Assembly (NCBI GenBank): GCA_024636875.1
Contig: JAGXGJ010000094.1
Coordinates: forward strand, 700 to 64,699
Direction: 5' to 3'
DNA: 64,000 nucleotides
Source: Methylococcaceae bacterium
Lineage (GTDB): Bacteria > Pseudomonadota > Gammaproteobacteria > Methylococcales > Methylomonadaceae
How positions within the stretch are numbered: the first letter of the stretch is position 1; every line of letters begins with the position of its first letter. Under the pieces are notes generated by a model. It was not told where the DNA came from. It saw only the letters and a list, made by a program, of their open reading frames with translations, and searched no databases. This document shows, in pieces, positions 40,981-51,566 of the stretch. Position numbers and translations under genes: made by a program.

Positions 40981-42647
40981 TGTTGATAAAATTAATAGGT
41001 GGAACTGTCTATGATCCTGCAAGCGGGGTTGATGGCCAGCGGCAAGATATTTACATTGAAGACGGACACATTGTGAATAAACCGTCTGGCGATTTTCAGG
41101 TTGACAAAGAATATAATTTAAAAGGCAAGGTAGTAATGTCCGGCGCGATTGATATGCACACGCATATCGGCGGCGGTAAAGGCAATATTGCCAGAACCTT
41201 GTTGCCGGAAGATCATCGGCAGGATCCTGTTATGCGCACGGATATTTGCCGTTCCGGCTGCGGTCATGCCATGCCCAGCACCTTCGTAACAGGCTACCGC
41301 TATGCGGAAATGGGTTATACCGCCGGTTTTGAACCGGCATTATTACCGGTTAATGCACGCCAGGCACACATGGAAATGGCGGATATTCCGATTCTGGATA
41401 AAGGCGGTTATGTCATGTTAGGCAGTGATGATTATTTGCTGCGGCTGTTGACGGCTAATAAAGATCAGAAAGCCATAAATGATTATGTGGCGTGGACGAT
41501 GCAATCAGCTAAAGCCATCGGCATTAAAGTGGTTAATCCCGGCGGTATTAATGCCTTCAAATTTAACCAGCGCAAACTGGATCTGGATGAGCAAAACAGT
41601 TATTACGGCGTGACGCCGCGTGACATTCTGCGCGTGCTGGCAACGGCGGTTAAAGAAATTGGCGTGCCGCATCCGCTGCATGTGCACGGTTGTAATCTCG
41701 GTGTACCAGGCAATATGCAAACGACGCTGGATACCATTCAGGGCATCGGCGGCCTGCCCATGCACTTGACCCATATTCAGTTTCATAGTTACGGTACTGA
41801 AGGCGATTTCAAGTTTTCTTCCGGCGCCGCGCAAATTGCCGAAGCCGTCAACAACAACAAAAATATCACCATCGATGTAGGGCAGGTTCTGTTTGGTCAA
41901 ACGGTAACAGCTTCCGGCGACAGCATGCGCCAGCATGCCAATCATAAACACGCCAGCCCCAATAAATGGGTGACGATGGATATTGAATGTGATGCGGGCT
42001 GTGGCGTTGTGCCATTCAAATACAAGGATAAAAACTTTGTCAATGCCTTGCAATGGGCAATAGGCCTGGAGACCTTTCTGCTGGTTAATGACCCGTGGCG
42101 CATTTTCCTGACCACCGACCACCCTAATGGCGCTCCATTTATCTGTTACCCGCATTTGATACGTTTGTTAATGGACAGAAGCTTCCGTAATGAGGTGTTA
42201 TCAACGATTCATCCCGAAGCCCAAAAAATGACGACGCTGGCATCCATAACCCGTGAATACACGCTACAGGAAATCGCCATTATGACCCGCGCCGGCGCGG
42301 CTAAATTGATTGGTTTAAAAGATAGAGGCGGCTTAAGTGCAGGTAACTGGGCGGACATTACCGTTTACACCGACAATGCCGACCGCCAAAAGATGTTTGA
42401 AAAACCCGATTATGTGTTTAAAGACGGTCAGTTGGTCGTGGTTGACGGCAAAGTGGTTTCTACAAAATGGGGAACAACCCACACCGTCAAGCCCAACTTT
42501 GATGCACAGGTTGAAAAAGGTTTGAAAGATTATTTTGACCGCTACCTGACCATGAAACTGGGTAACTTTAAAATCAGCGATGATGAAATCACCGAAGATG
42601 GGCGCGGTAGTATCACCGTGCATCCGCTGAAAGGAGATGTGGCATGA
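40980..42647 (+). CDS. fhcA: Formyltransferase/hydrolase complex subunit A (formylmethanofuran dehydrogenase subunit A homologue, amidohydrolase fold)
   Basis: 555-aa amidohydrolase-superfamily protein (GAIDMHTHIGGG.., HPLHVHGCNLG..). TAATG overlap with fhcB. Confidence 0.88.
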   Translation: MLIKLIGGTVYDPASGVDGQRQDIYIEDGHIVNKPSGDFQVDKEYNLKGKVVMSGAIDMHTHIGGGKGNIARTLLPEDHRQDPVMRTDICRSGCGHAMPSTFVTGYRYAEMGYTAGFEPALLPVNARQAHMEMADIPILDKGGYVMLGSDDYLLRLLTANKDQKAINDYVAWTMQSAKAIGIKVVNPGGINAFKFNQRKLDLDEQNSYYGVTPRDILRVLATAVKEIGVPHPLHVHGCNLGVPGNMQTTLDTIQGIGGLPMHLTHIQFHSYGTEGDFKFSSGAAQIAEAVNNNKNITIDVGQVLFGQTVTASGDSMRQHANHKHASPNKWVTMDIECDAGCGVVPFKYKDKNFVNALQWAIGLETFLLVNDPWRIFLTTDHPNGAPFICYPHLIRLLMDRSFRNEVLSTIHPEAQKMTTLASITREYTLQEIAIMTRAGAAKLIGLKDRGGLSAGNWADITVYTDNADRQKMFEKPDYVFKDGQLVVVDGKVVSTKWGTTHTVKPNFDAQVEKGLKDYFDRYLTMKLGNFKISDDEITEDGRGSITVHPLKGDVA

Positions 42648-43540
42648 TTATAAACGGTGTAACCATAGACCAAACGTTTGCGGAAGCGTTTCCGATGAAA
42701 GCCACCCGCGCCATTATCACCGCGCAAAACGAAAAATGGGCGATGATTTCCGCTCAGGCCATGACGGGCTTTGCCACGTCGGTCATTGCCTGTGGTTGTG
42801 AAGCCGGGATCGAACGCGTTTTGGGTTCATCAGAAACGCCTGACGGTCGTCCGGGAGTATCTATCATGATATTTGCCATGGGTGGCAAAGGTTTGGCCAA
42901 GCAGCTTGAAACCAGAGCCGGACAATGCGTGTTAACCTCGCCAACATCCGCACTATTTGCAGGCATTGATGGCGGCATAAGAATACCGTTGGGTAAAAAC
43001 CTGCGCTATTTCGGTGATGGTTTTCAGATCTCCAAAGTCATTTCCGGCAAACGTTACTGGCGAATACCCGTGATGGATGGAGAATTTTTAGCTGAAGCTA
43101 CCACGGGACGAGTCGATGCCGTCGGCGGCGGCAATTTTTTAGTATTGGCCGAGTCCCAACCGCAAGCACTGGCAGCCTGTGAAGCCGCAATTGAAGAGAT
43201 GCGTAAAATCGCCAATGTGATTATGCCCTTCCCTGGCGGCGTTGTTCGCTCAGGTTCTAAAGTGGGCTCAAAATACAAGGCCCTGAACGCATCGACCAAT
43301 GATGCTTTCTGCCCTACATTAAAAGGCATGACCAAAACCGATTTGTCACCCGCGATTGAATCAGTGATGGAAATTGTCATTGACGGCTTGACCAAGGAAG
43401 ACATCGCCAAGGCTATGCGGGTGGGTATTCAGGCAGTCTGCGATTTGGGTGCGGATAATGGCATCAAGCGCATTAGTGCAGGTAATTATGGCGGCAAGCT
43501 CGGTCCGTTCCATTTTCACTTACAGGAGATTATGGCATGA
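42644..43540 (+). CDS. fhcD: Formylmethanofuran--tetrahydromethanopterin N-formyltransferase
   Basis: 298-aa Ftr-like protein (MIINGVTIDQTFAEAFPMKATRAIITA..). ATGA overlap with fhcA. Confidence 0.88.
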   Translation: MIINGVTIDQTFAEAFPMKATRAIITAQNEKWAMISAQAMTGFATSVIACGCEAGIERVLGSSETPDGRPGVSIMIFAMGGKGLAKQLETRAGQCVLTSPTSALFAGIDGGIRIPLGKNLRYFGDGFQISKVISGKRYWRIPVMDGEFLAEATTGRVDAVGGGNFLVLAESQPQALAACEAAIEEMRKIANVIMPFPGGVVRSGSKVGSKYKALNASTNDAFCPTLKGMTKTDLSPAIESVMEIVIDGLTKEDIAKAMRVGIQAVCDLGADNGIKRISAGNYGGKLGPFHFHLQEIMA

Positions 43541-44349
43541 ACGCCTTAACATTTACGTTAAAACACAGACCCGACCAACGTGTCGATATGTCGCCGCTGG
43601 TATGCCATCAGTTAAAAGAGTTGGCAGCGTCTGATATTGCAGCTTTAACACTGCAAAGCGGCAAACGCAAGCTGCGTGTTGATGAGCTATTTACTATTGA
43701 CGGCTCCGATGCACAAAACATCGTTATTAATAACAGCGCCGCCAAGCTTGATTTTATTGGCAAAGACCTCGAAGGCGGCAGCATTACAGTAGCAGGCGAT
43801 GCCGGCGCCTACCTGGGTTTTGGCATGAAATCGGGCGAGATTAAAGTATTGGGCAATGCCGGACTTTACGCTGCTTGCGAAATGAAAAACGGTTACCTGG
43901 AAATTGCCGGTAATTCGGGTAACTTTTTGGGCGCAGCACTGCCAGGCAATAAAATGGGCATGAAAGGCGGCATAATTCTGGTTAAAGGGTGTGCCGGCGA
44001 GCGCGCCGGCGACCACATGCGCCGTGGTACTATTTTAATTGAAGGCAATGCCGGAGATTACTGCGGCTCACGCATGACCGCAGGAACGATTGCAGTTATG
44101 GGGCAAACGGGCCGGTATCTGGGTTATGCGATGCGCCGGGGAACGTTGCTGTTATGGAATCAGCCGCAGCTATCGGCCAGTTTTAATGATTGCGGTGCGC
44201 ATACACTGGCATTCTTACCGATTTTATTTGCTTCATTAACCAAGCTCAATTCCAGTTTTGCTGACAAGACTGCGGCATTTAATCGTGTTCGACGTTATGC
44301 AGGTGATATGTCAGAAACGGGGCGTGGTGAAGTTTTGGTCAAGCTTTAG
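43537..44349 (+). CDS. fhcC: Formyltransferase/hydrolase complex subunit C (formylmethanofuran dehydrogenase subunit C homologue)
   Basis: 270-aa protein with beta-helix-type G-x-x repeats (GDAGAYLGFGMKSGEIKVLGNAG.., IEGNAGDYCGSRMTAGTIAVMG). ATGA overlap with fhcD. Confidence 0.88.
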   Translation: MNALTFTLKHRPDQRVDMSPLVCHQLKELAASDIAALTLQSGKRKLRVDELFTIDGSDAQNIVINNSAAKLDFIGKDLEGGSITVAGDAGAYLGFGMKSGEIKVLGNAGLYAACEMKNGYLEIAGNSGNFLGAALPGNKMGMKGGIILVKGCAGERAGDHMRRGTILIEGNAGDYCGSRMTAGTIAVMGQTGRYLGYAMRRGTLLLWNQPQLSASFNDCGAHTLAFLPILFASLTKLNSSFADKTAAFNRVRRYAGDMSETGRGEVLVKL

Positions 44350-44446
44350 CTGTTTCAGGAACTTCTAAAATCATCTTTCCCTCAGAGAGAAGTGTATATG
44401 TAAAATACAGATGCCGGATTAATGCCAAAATGCGAGTAACGAAACA

Positions 44447-45082
44447 GTGGAAAAACCCTTTCGAGTATTATTGATTGATTTGGAAAATTGCCCTAATCAA
44501 CTTCAGCAACTCATGGAAAATTTAGAACAATATTCTCATGTAGTTGTTTGTTATGCACAAAGTGGGGCTAAAATACCCCTTGATTGGGTTGTTCCGCTCA
44601 CCGCTACCGTCAATGAAAATAGATTAAAAATTGTCAAAATGCCGAACACCGGCAAGAATGCCGCCGACTTTGGAATTACTTTTTGGGCGGGCGTATTCAT
44701 GGCGCAATTTCCTTTAGAAACTCATTTTGATATTGTATCTAATGATACTGACCTGGACCATGTTGTTAGCTTGCTAAAAAGTCAGGAGCGTAGTGCACAA
44801 AGAATCGGCACAAAAAAAGAAACTCCCGCACTGGTTACAGCAGCAAAAGAGACTGAAACGGAGATTCAGGACTATTTGCAAAAATATTGTGAGCATTTAA
44901 AAAATCATAGTAAGCCGACAAAAAAAGAAACCCTGCTTAACAGCATTAATAACAAATTTAAGGTTAATAATATCGATCCTGAAGAAATATTTCAGGAACT
45001 GAGTAAGCAAGGTATCATCACAATAAAAAATAACAGAATCACCTATAACCTCCAGAAATTAACTGAATTTGCGGGGCAATAA
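44447..45082 (+). CDS. NYN/LabA-like (PIN-fold) predicted nuclease with small C-terminal domain
   Basis: 211-aa ORF with a GTG start. The NYN signature blocks are in the right order: VLLIDLEN, GKNAADF, IVSNDTDLDHV. I cannot assign the C-terminal ~60 aa (..LLNSINNKFKVNNIDPEEIFQELSKQGIITIKNNRITYN). Confidence 0.7.
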   Translation: MEKPFRVLLIDLENCPNQLQQLMENLEQYSHVVVCYAQSGAKIPLDWVVPLTATVNENRLKIVKMPNTGKNAADFGITFWAGVFMAQFPLETHFDIVSNDTDLDHVVSLLKSQERSAQRIGTKKETPALVTAAKETETEIQDYLQKYCEHLKNHSKPTKKETLLNSINNKFKVNNIDPEEIFQELSKQGIITIKNNRITYNLQKLTEFAGQ

Positions 45083-45141
45083 GGTTAAATCAGCATTCGC
45101 AGTACAGTATAACAAGCCGGATTTCAGGCTTATAGCCTTTA

Positions 45142-45170
45142 TTGACAACAGACAAATGAGCTGATACTTT
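45142..45170 (+). promoter_or_regulatory. Putative sigma70-type promoter of the hrcA operon
   Basis: TTGACA (45142..45147), a 17-nt spacer ending in TGa (extended -10), then TACTTT (45165..45170). The CIRCE-like element follows immediately. Confidence 0.35.
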
Positions 45171-45176
45171 TCGCTA

Positions 45177-45204
45177 TTATCACTCACCCTAAGTAGAGTG
45201 CGTG
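45177..45204 (+). promoter_or_regulatory. CIRCE-like inverted repeat (HrcA operator candidate)
   Basis: The element reads TTATCACTC-accctaagta-GAGTGCGTG, against the consensus TTAGCACTC-N9-GAGTGCTAA. The core CACTC/GAGTG arms are conserved, but the spacer is 10 nt rather than 9. Confidence 0.45.
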
Positions 45205-45223
45205 TTTGGATATAGAGGTATGT

Positions 45224-46282
45224 GTGGTTAATAAGACTCGGTATTTAAATGAACGATCGTTGCAATTACTAAAAAAGCTGGTTGAACGTTATATCAGCGA
45301 TGGGCAGCCTGTAGGCTCCCGGGTATTGTCAAAAGACCCGGAACTAAACTTGAGCCCCGCAACCATTCGTAATGTCATGGCGGATCTTGAAGATTTGGGT
45401 CTGATCCATTCTCCGCATACATCAGCGGGGCGCATACCCACTGTCAGCGGCTATCGTTTGTTTGTTGACAGTTTATTAACAGTCCAGCCGTTGGATACCA
45501 GAGATATAACACGACTGCATCAGGGTTTATCGGAAAGAGATGAAACCGGTGATGTTATCGGTGTTGCGTCACGCTTGCTTGCAGAATTAACACAAATGGC
45601 CGGCGTGGTAACGCTGCCCAAGAGAGAAATTGTTTTTTTGCGGCATATCGAATTTTTGCCTTTATCACATAAACGCGTACTGGTTATTTTTGTCACCAAT
45701 GAACAGGAAGTTCATAACAAAGTCATCCATACCGGCAAAGTCTTTAGCGCGGCTGAATTACAACAGGCTGGCTCGTATCTCAATTCCATTTACTGCGGAC
45801 GCAGCCTGGTTGCTGTTCGTGAAGCAGTTTTAAAAGAGTTACTGGACGATCAGGAGCGCATGAATCAGGCCATGCTGGACGCAATAAAAATGGCGCAATT
45901 GACGTTTGAATCAGACAATAAAAAAGACGATTATGTGTTGGCCGGAGAAACCAATTTAATGGGTTTTTCGGAGCTGTCAGACAGGGATCATTTGAAAAAA
46001 TTGTTTGATGCCTTCAGTCAAAAGCAGGATGTTATTCATTTGCTGGATCAATCCATGAAGGCTGAAGGCGTGCAGATATTTATTGGTGAAGAATCCGGTT
46101 ACCAGGTATTTGATCATTGCAGTCTGGTAACATCCTCCTATTCGGTCAGTGAAGAAGTGGTCGGCGTGCTGGCTGTTATCGGACCGACACGCATGGCTTA
46201 TGAGAAAATCATCCCGTTTGTCGATGTCACTGCAAAATTATTAGGCGCGGCCTTGAATCCAAAATTCACATCCCCATTGTAG
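45224..46282 (+). CDS. hrcA: Heat-inducible transcription repressor HrcA
   Basis: Typical HrcA N-terminal wHTH (LNERSLQLLKKLVERYISDGQPVGSRVLS). The GTG at 45224 is preceded by GAGG. The track ORF starts at the TTG at 45206. Confidence 0.9.
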   Translation: MVNKTRYLNERSLQLLKKLVERYISDGQPVGSRVLSKDPELNLSPATIRNVMADLEDLGLIHSPHTSAGRIPTVSGYRLFVDSLLTVQPLDTRDITRLHQGLSERDETGDVIGVASRLLAELTQMAGVVTLPKREIVFLRHIEFLPLSHKRVLVIFVTNEQEVHNKVIHTGKVFSAAELQQAGSYLNSIYCGRSLVAVREAVLKELLDDQERMNQAMLDAIKMAQLTFESDNKKDDYVLAGETNLMGFSELSDRDHLKKLFDAFSQKQDVIHLLDQSMKAEGVQIFIGEESGYQVFDHCSLVTSSYSVSEEVVGVLAVIGPTRMAYEKIIPFVDVTAKLLGAALNPKFTSPL

Positions 46283-46428
46283 ACAGTTAGGCAAAAGCCT
46301 TTTTATATAATGAATATTTACCATGAAGCATACGAAGACCATGAAGAAGCAGCAAAAATCTTCGTGTTTTCCTGGTGAGTAAAGAGTTACTCAAACGGCA
46401 TAACTAATTACTACTGGAGCTATAAATA

Positions 46429-47031
46429 ATGAGTACAGATCAGGAAGCGCCCGAGTCCCGAATTGACGCTGAAAATGAAGGGGAGAACAAAGAGCCTCAG
46501 CATACTGAAGTAGGCGAACATGAATATACGATTGACGAGCTAAAACAGGAATTGGCTGAAGCCAGGCAAAAATCCCATGATAACTGGGATAAAGCAGTTC
46601 GTATGCAGGCTGAAATGGAAAACCTGAAAAAAAGAACGCGAAAAGATCTTGAAGATGCGCATAAATTTGCATTGGCAAATTTTGCCAAAGAATTGCTGTC
46701 AGTATTGGACAGCCTGGTACTGGGTTTGCAAGCGGCAACAGGCGATAGCGAAGAAGTGCAGAAGTTTCGAATTGGCAGCGAAATGACTATTAAACAGTTT
46801 GAATCAGTATTTGCAAAATTTAATATCGTTGCTATTGATCCTATCGGCCAACCTTTCAATCCTGAACTGCATCAGGCGATGGCCATGCAGGCAGTGGAGG
46901 GTGCAGAACCCAATACCGTGGTTAACGTGTTTCAAAAAGGCTATATGCTGAATGGTCGTTTACTACGTCCGGCAATGGTTGTTGTAGCAAAAGCGGCAGA
47001 AAAACCGTCAGAAATCGATGAGCAGGCTTGA
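46429..47031 (+). CDS. grpE: Nucleotide exchange factor GrpE
   Basis: 200-aa ORF (..RMQAEMENLKKRTRKD.., ..GYMLNGRLLRPAMVVV). Confidence 0.95.
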   Translation: MSTDQEAPESRIDAENEGENKEPQHTEVGEHEYTIDELKQELAEARQKSHDNWDKAVRMQAEMENLKKRTRKDLEDAHKFALANFAKELLSVLDSLVLGLQAATGDSEEVQKFRIGSEMTIKQFESVFAKFNIVAIDPIGQPFNPELHQAMAMQAVEGAEPNTVVNVFQKGYMLNGRLLRPAMVVVAKAAEKPSEIDEQA

Positions 47032-47102
47032 ACACAATAAAACCGCCCCCATATCGGCAATAACTTTTACATTTTTTATTTAATTCAAGTCTGGAGCATT
47101 CA

Positions 47103-49034
47103 ATGGCTAAAATAATTGGGATTGATTTAGGAACCACAAACTCGTGTGTTGCCGTATTGGAAAACGGCGTAGCGAAAGTGATTGAAAACAGTGAAGGCGC
47201 CCGAACTACACCTTCAATCATTGCTTTTAGCAGTGATGATGAGGTGTTGGTGGGGCAGTCGGCAAAACGTCAGGCTGTTACCAATCCAAAAAACACCCTG
47301 TTTGCAATCAAACGCTTGATTGGTCGCCGGTTTAAAGACGATGTCGTGCAAAAGGACATCAAAATGGTGCCTTATAAAATCATCGAAGCAGAAAACGGTG
47401 ATGCCTGGGTTGAAGTGCATGGCAAAAAAATGGCCGCACCTGAAATTTCAGCCCGCGTGTTGATGAAGTTGAAAAAAGACGCGGAAGCCTATCTGGGCGA
47501 AGAAGTCAAAGAAGCGGTCATTACCGTACCGGCCTATTTTAATGATTCCCAACGCCAGGCGACTAAAGATGCAGGCCGTATTGCAGGCCTGGAAGTTAAA
47601 CGTATTATCAACGAGCCGACTGCATCTGCGCTGGCATTCGGCATGGACAAGCCTAAAGGCGATACCAAAATTGCAGTCTATGACCTGGGTGGCGGCACCT
47701 TTGATATTTCAATTATTGAAATTGCCGAGATAGAAGGCGAACATCAATTCGAAGTTTTATCGACTAACGGCGATACTTTCCTGGGAGGTGAAGATTTTGA
47801 CTCCCGCATCATTGAATATCTTGCAGCCGAATTCAAAAAGGAAAGCGGCGTAGATGTGCATAATGATCCATTGGCCTTGCAACGTTTGAAAGAAGCGGCA
47901 GAAAAAGCCAAGATTGAATTGTCTTCCAGCCAGCAAACCGATGTCAATTTGCCTTACATTACTGCGGACGCCTCAGGTCCCAAACATTTAAATGTCAAAT
48001 TGACCCGCGCCAAACTGGAGTCTTTGGTTGAAGAGCTGATTAACCGAACTAAAGGCCCCTGTGAAATAGCGCTTAAAGACGCTGGCCTATCGGCAAAAGA
48101 TATTAATGACGTGATTTTGGTGGGCGGTCAAACGCGTATGCCGAAAGTCCAGGAAATAGTAAAAGATATTTTTGGCAAGGAACCTCGTAAAGACGTGAAT
48201 CCGGATGAAGCGGTTGCTTTAGGCGCGGCGATTCAAGCGGGTGTTTTGGCAGGCGACGTTAAAGACGTGTTGTTGCTGGACGTTATACCATTGTCTCTGG
48301 GTATAGAAACAATGGGCGGCATCTTGACCAAGCTGATTGAGAAAAATACGACCATTCCAACCAATGCGTCACAAGTATTCTCTACCGCTGATGACAACCA
48401 AACTGCGGTAACCATTCATGTCTTGCAAGGCGAGCGTGAAAAAGCGGCAGCGAATAAATCGCTGGGGCGTTTTGATTTAGCGGACATCCCGCCAGCGCCG
48501 CGCGGTATACCGCAAATTGAAGTGTCTTTTGATATTGACGCTAACGGCATTTTGAACGTGTCTGCGAAAGACAAGGCAACCGGTAAAAAGCAATCCATTG
48601 TGATTAAAGCCTCCAGCGGTTTGTCAGATGATGAAGTTAAGCGCATGATCAAAGATGCCGAAGCCCATGCCGATGAAGACCGAAAGCTGACTGAATTGGT
48701 CCATGCCCGCAACCATGCCGATGGCATGATACATGCCACTGAAAAATCAATGAAAGAATTGGGCGACCAGGTCGGCGCGGATGAAAAATCCAGCATTGAA
48801 CAGGCGATTAATGCTTTAAAAGAAGCGGTTAAAGGCGATGATAAGGCAGACATTGAAGCCAAAACCAATGAGCTAACCGAGTTATCAGGTAAACTTGCTG
48901 AGCGTGTTTATGCACAAAAAGCGGGTACTGAAGGTGATGAAACGCATTCTGGCGGTTCTTCTTCAGCTCATGCGGCCGATGACGGTGTCGTCGATGCCGA
49001 ATTTGAAGAAGTTAAAGACGACGACAAGAAATAA
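47103..49034 (+). CDS. dnaK: Molecular chaperone DnaK (Hsp70)
   Basis: 643-aa ORF with Hsp70 signatures ([33 protein letters not shown]). Confidence 0.98.
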   Translation: MAKIIGIDLGTTNSCVAVLENGVAKVIENSEGARTTPSIIAFSSDDEVLVGQSAKRQAVTNPKNTLFAIKRLIGRRFKDDVVQKDIKMVPYKIIEAENGDAWVEVHGKKMAAPEISARVLMKLKKDAEAYLGEEVKEAVITVPAYFNDSQRQATKDAGRIAGLEVKRIINEPTASALAFGMDKPKGDTKIAVYDLGGGTFDISIIEIAEIEGEHQFEVLSTNGDTFLGGEDFDSRIIEYLAAEFKKESGVDVHNDPLALQRLKEAAEKAKIELSSSQQTDVNLPYITADASGPKHLNVKLTRAKLESLVEELINRTKGPCEIALKDAGLSAKDINDVILVGGQTRMPKVQEIVKDIFGKEPRKDVNPDEAVALGAAIQAGVLAGDVKDVLLLDVIPLSLGIETMGGILTKLIEKNTTIPTNASQVFSTADDNQTAVTIHVLQGEREKAAANKSLGRFDLADIPPAPRGIPQIEVSFDIDANGILNVSAKDKATGKKQSIVIKASSGLSDDEVKRMIKDAEAHADEDRKLTELVHARNHADGMIHATEKSMKELGDQVGADEKSSIEQAINALKEAVKGDDKADIEAKTNELTELSGKLAERVYAQKAGTEGDETHSGGSSSAHAADDGVVDAEFEEVKDDDKK

Positions 49035-49065
49035 TACAAGCGCAAGATTCAAGGTACAATTGGAC

Positions 49066-49099
49066 TTCAGCATTCCCTCCGGATTGGGGGAGTGCTGAA
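49066..49099 (+). other. Strong hairpin downstream of dnaK
   Basis: TTCAGCATTCCCTC-cggatt-GGGGGAGTGCTGAA forms a 14-bp stem (two G-U pairs) 32 nt after the dnaK stop. There is no clean U-tract. Confidence 0.5.
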
Positions 49100-49334
49100 C
49101 TTGTTACTTCAATCTCGTTACGTTCGTCAGAATACAGACTTAGCGGTTGAATACCTTTTAAGAGCTTTTTCGACAGCTGTTAATTACATCACAGTTTATA
49201 ATGTCAAATTACATTTCGCTAATCTGAAAAACAAACTTAACATGAGATCATTCCGCGCCATTATTGTGCGCGGCTCATAATAACCTCGCAGCAATGCTTT
49301 ATCTCCTGAACAACAATCAGGAGCGGATTGAAAC

Positions 49335-51276
<1,942 letters not shown>

Positions 51277-51392
51277 GGTATATTAATGACTTAAACTGAC
51301 AATCACTCGTTGTTAGTAATGTCTGTCAGATTAATTCATTCTGGGAACTTATAGCTAGCCAGCCTGGCATAACATCGACAAAAGCGTCTGAT

Positions 51393-51566
51393 TTAGATTA
51401 AAGAATGCTTTTTTATCTTCCGTTTTAAACCTTGTTTCAATTCCGCTATGCGAATTGAATTAATATCAAATCCAATCACTTGCCGTCTTTTTCCAAACTC
51501 TACCGCTACCGGCAAACCCACGTAGCCCAGGCCGACAACTGAAATCTTTCTATTATGAGCATTCAT
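51393..51566 (-). pseudogene. Truncated 5' remnant of a nucleotide-sugar dehydrogenase (TviB/WbpO/Ugd family)
   Basis: The minus-strand ATG overlaps the epimerase stop (ATGA). It encodes [46 protein letters not shown], the NAD-binding N-terminus of the family. Similarity is then lost and the frame stops after 57 codons. Family members are about 400 aa or longer, and dapB ends only 116 nt away. Confidence 0.75.

Noticed and set aside
41505-42155. A 216-codon antisense ORF inside fhcA. Similar long antisense or alternate-frame ORFs occur at 23295..23795 (in dat), 48416..48868 (in dnaK), 32734..33180 (in ispE), 49729..50184 (in dnaJ) and 3950..4294 (in the PPIase tail).
   Set aside because: Each lies entirely within a confidently identified conserved gene and has no recognisable motifs. 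Their composition (Arg/His/Ala-rich or low-complexity) is typical of shadow ORFs on the opposite strand of real genes.
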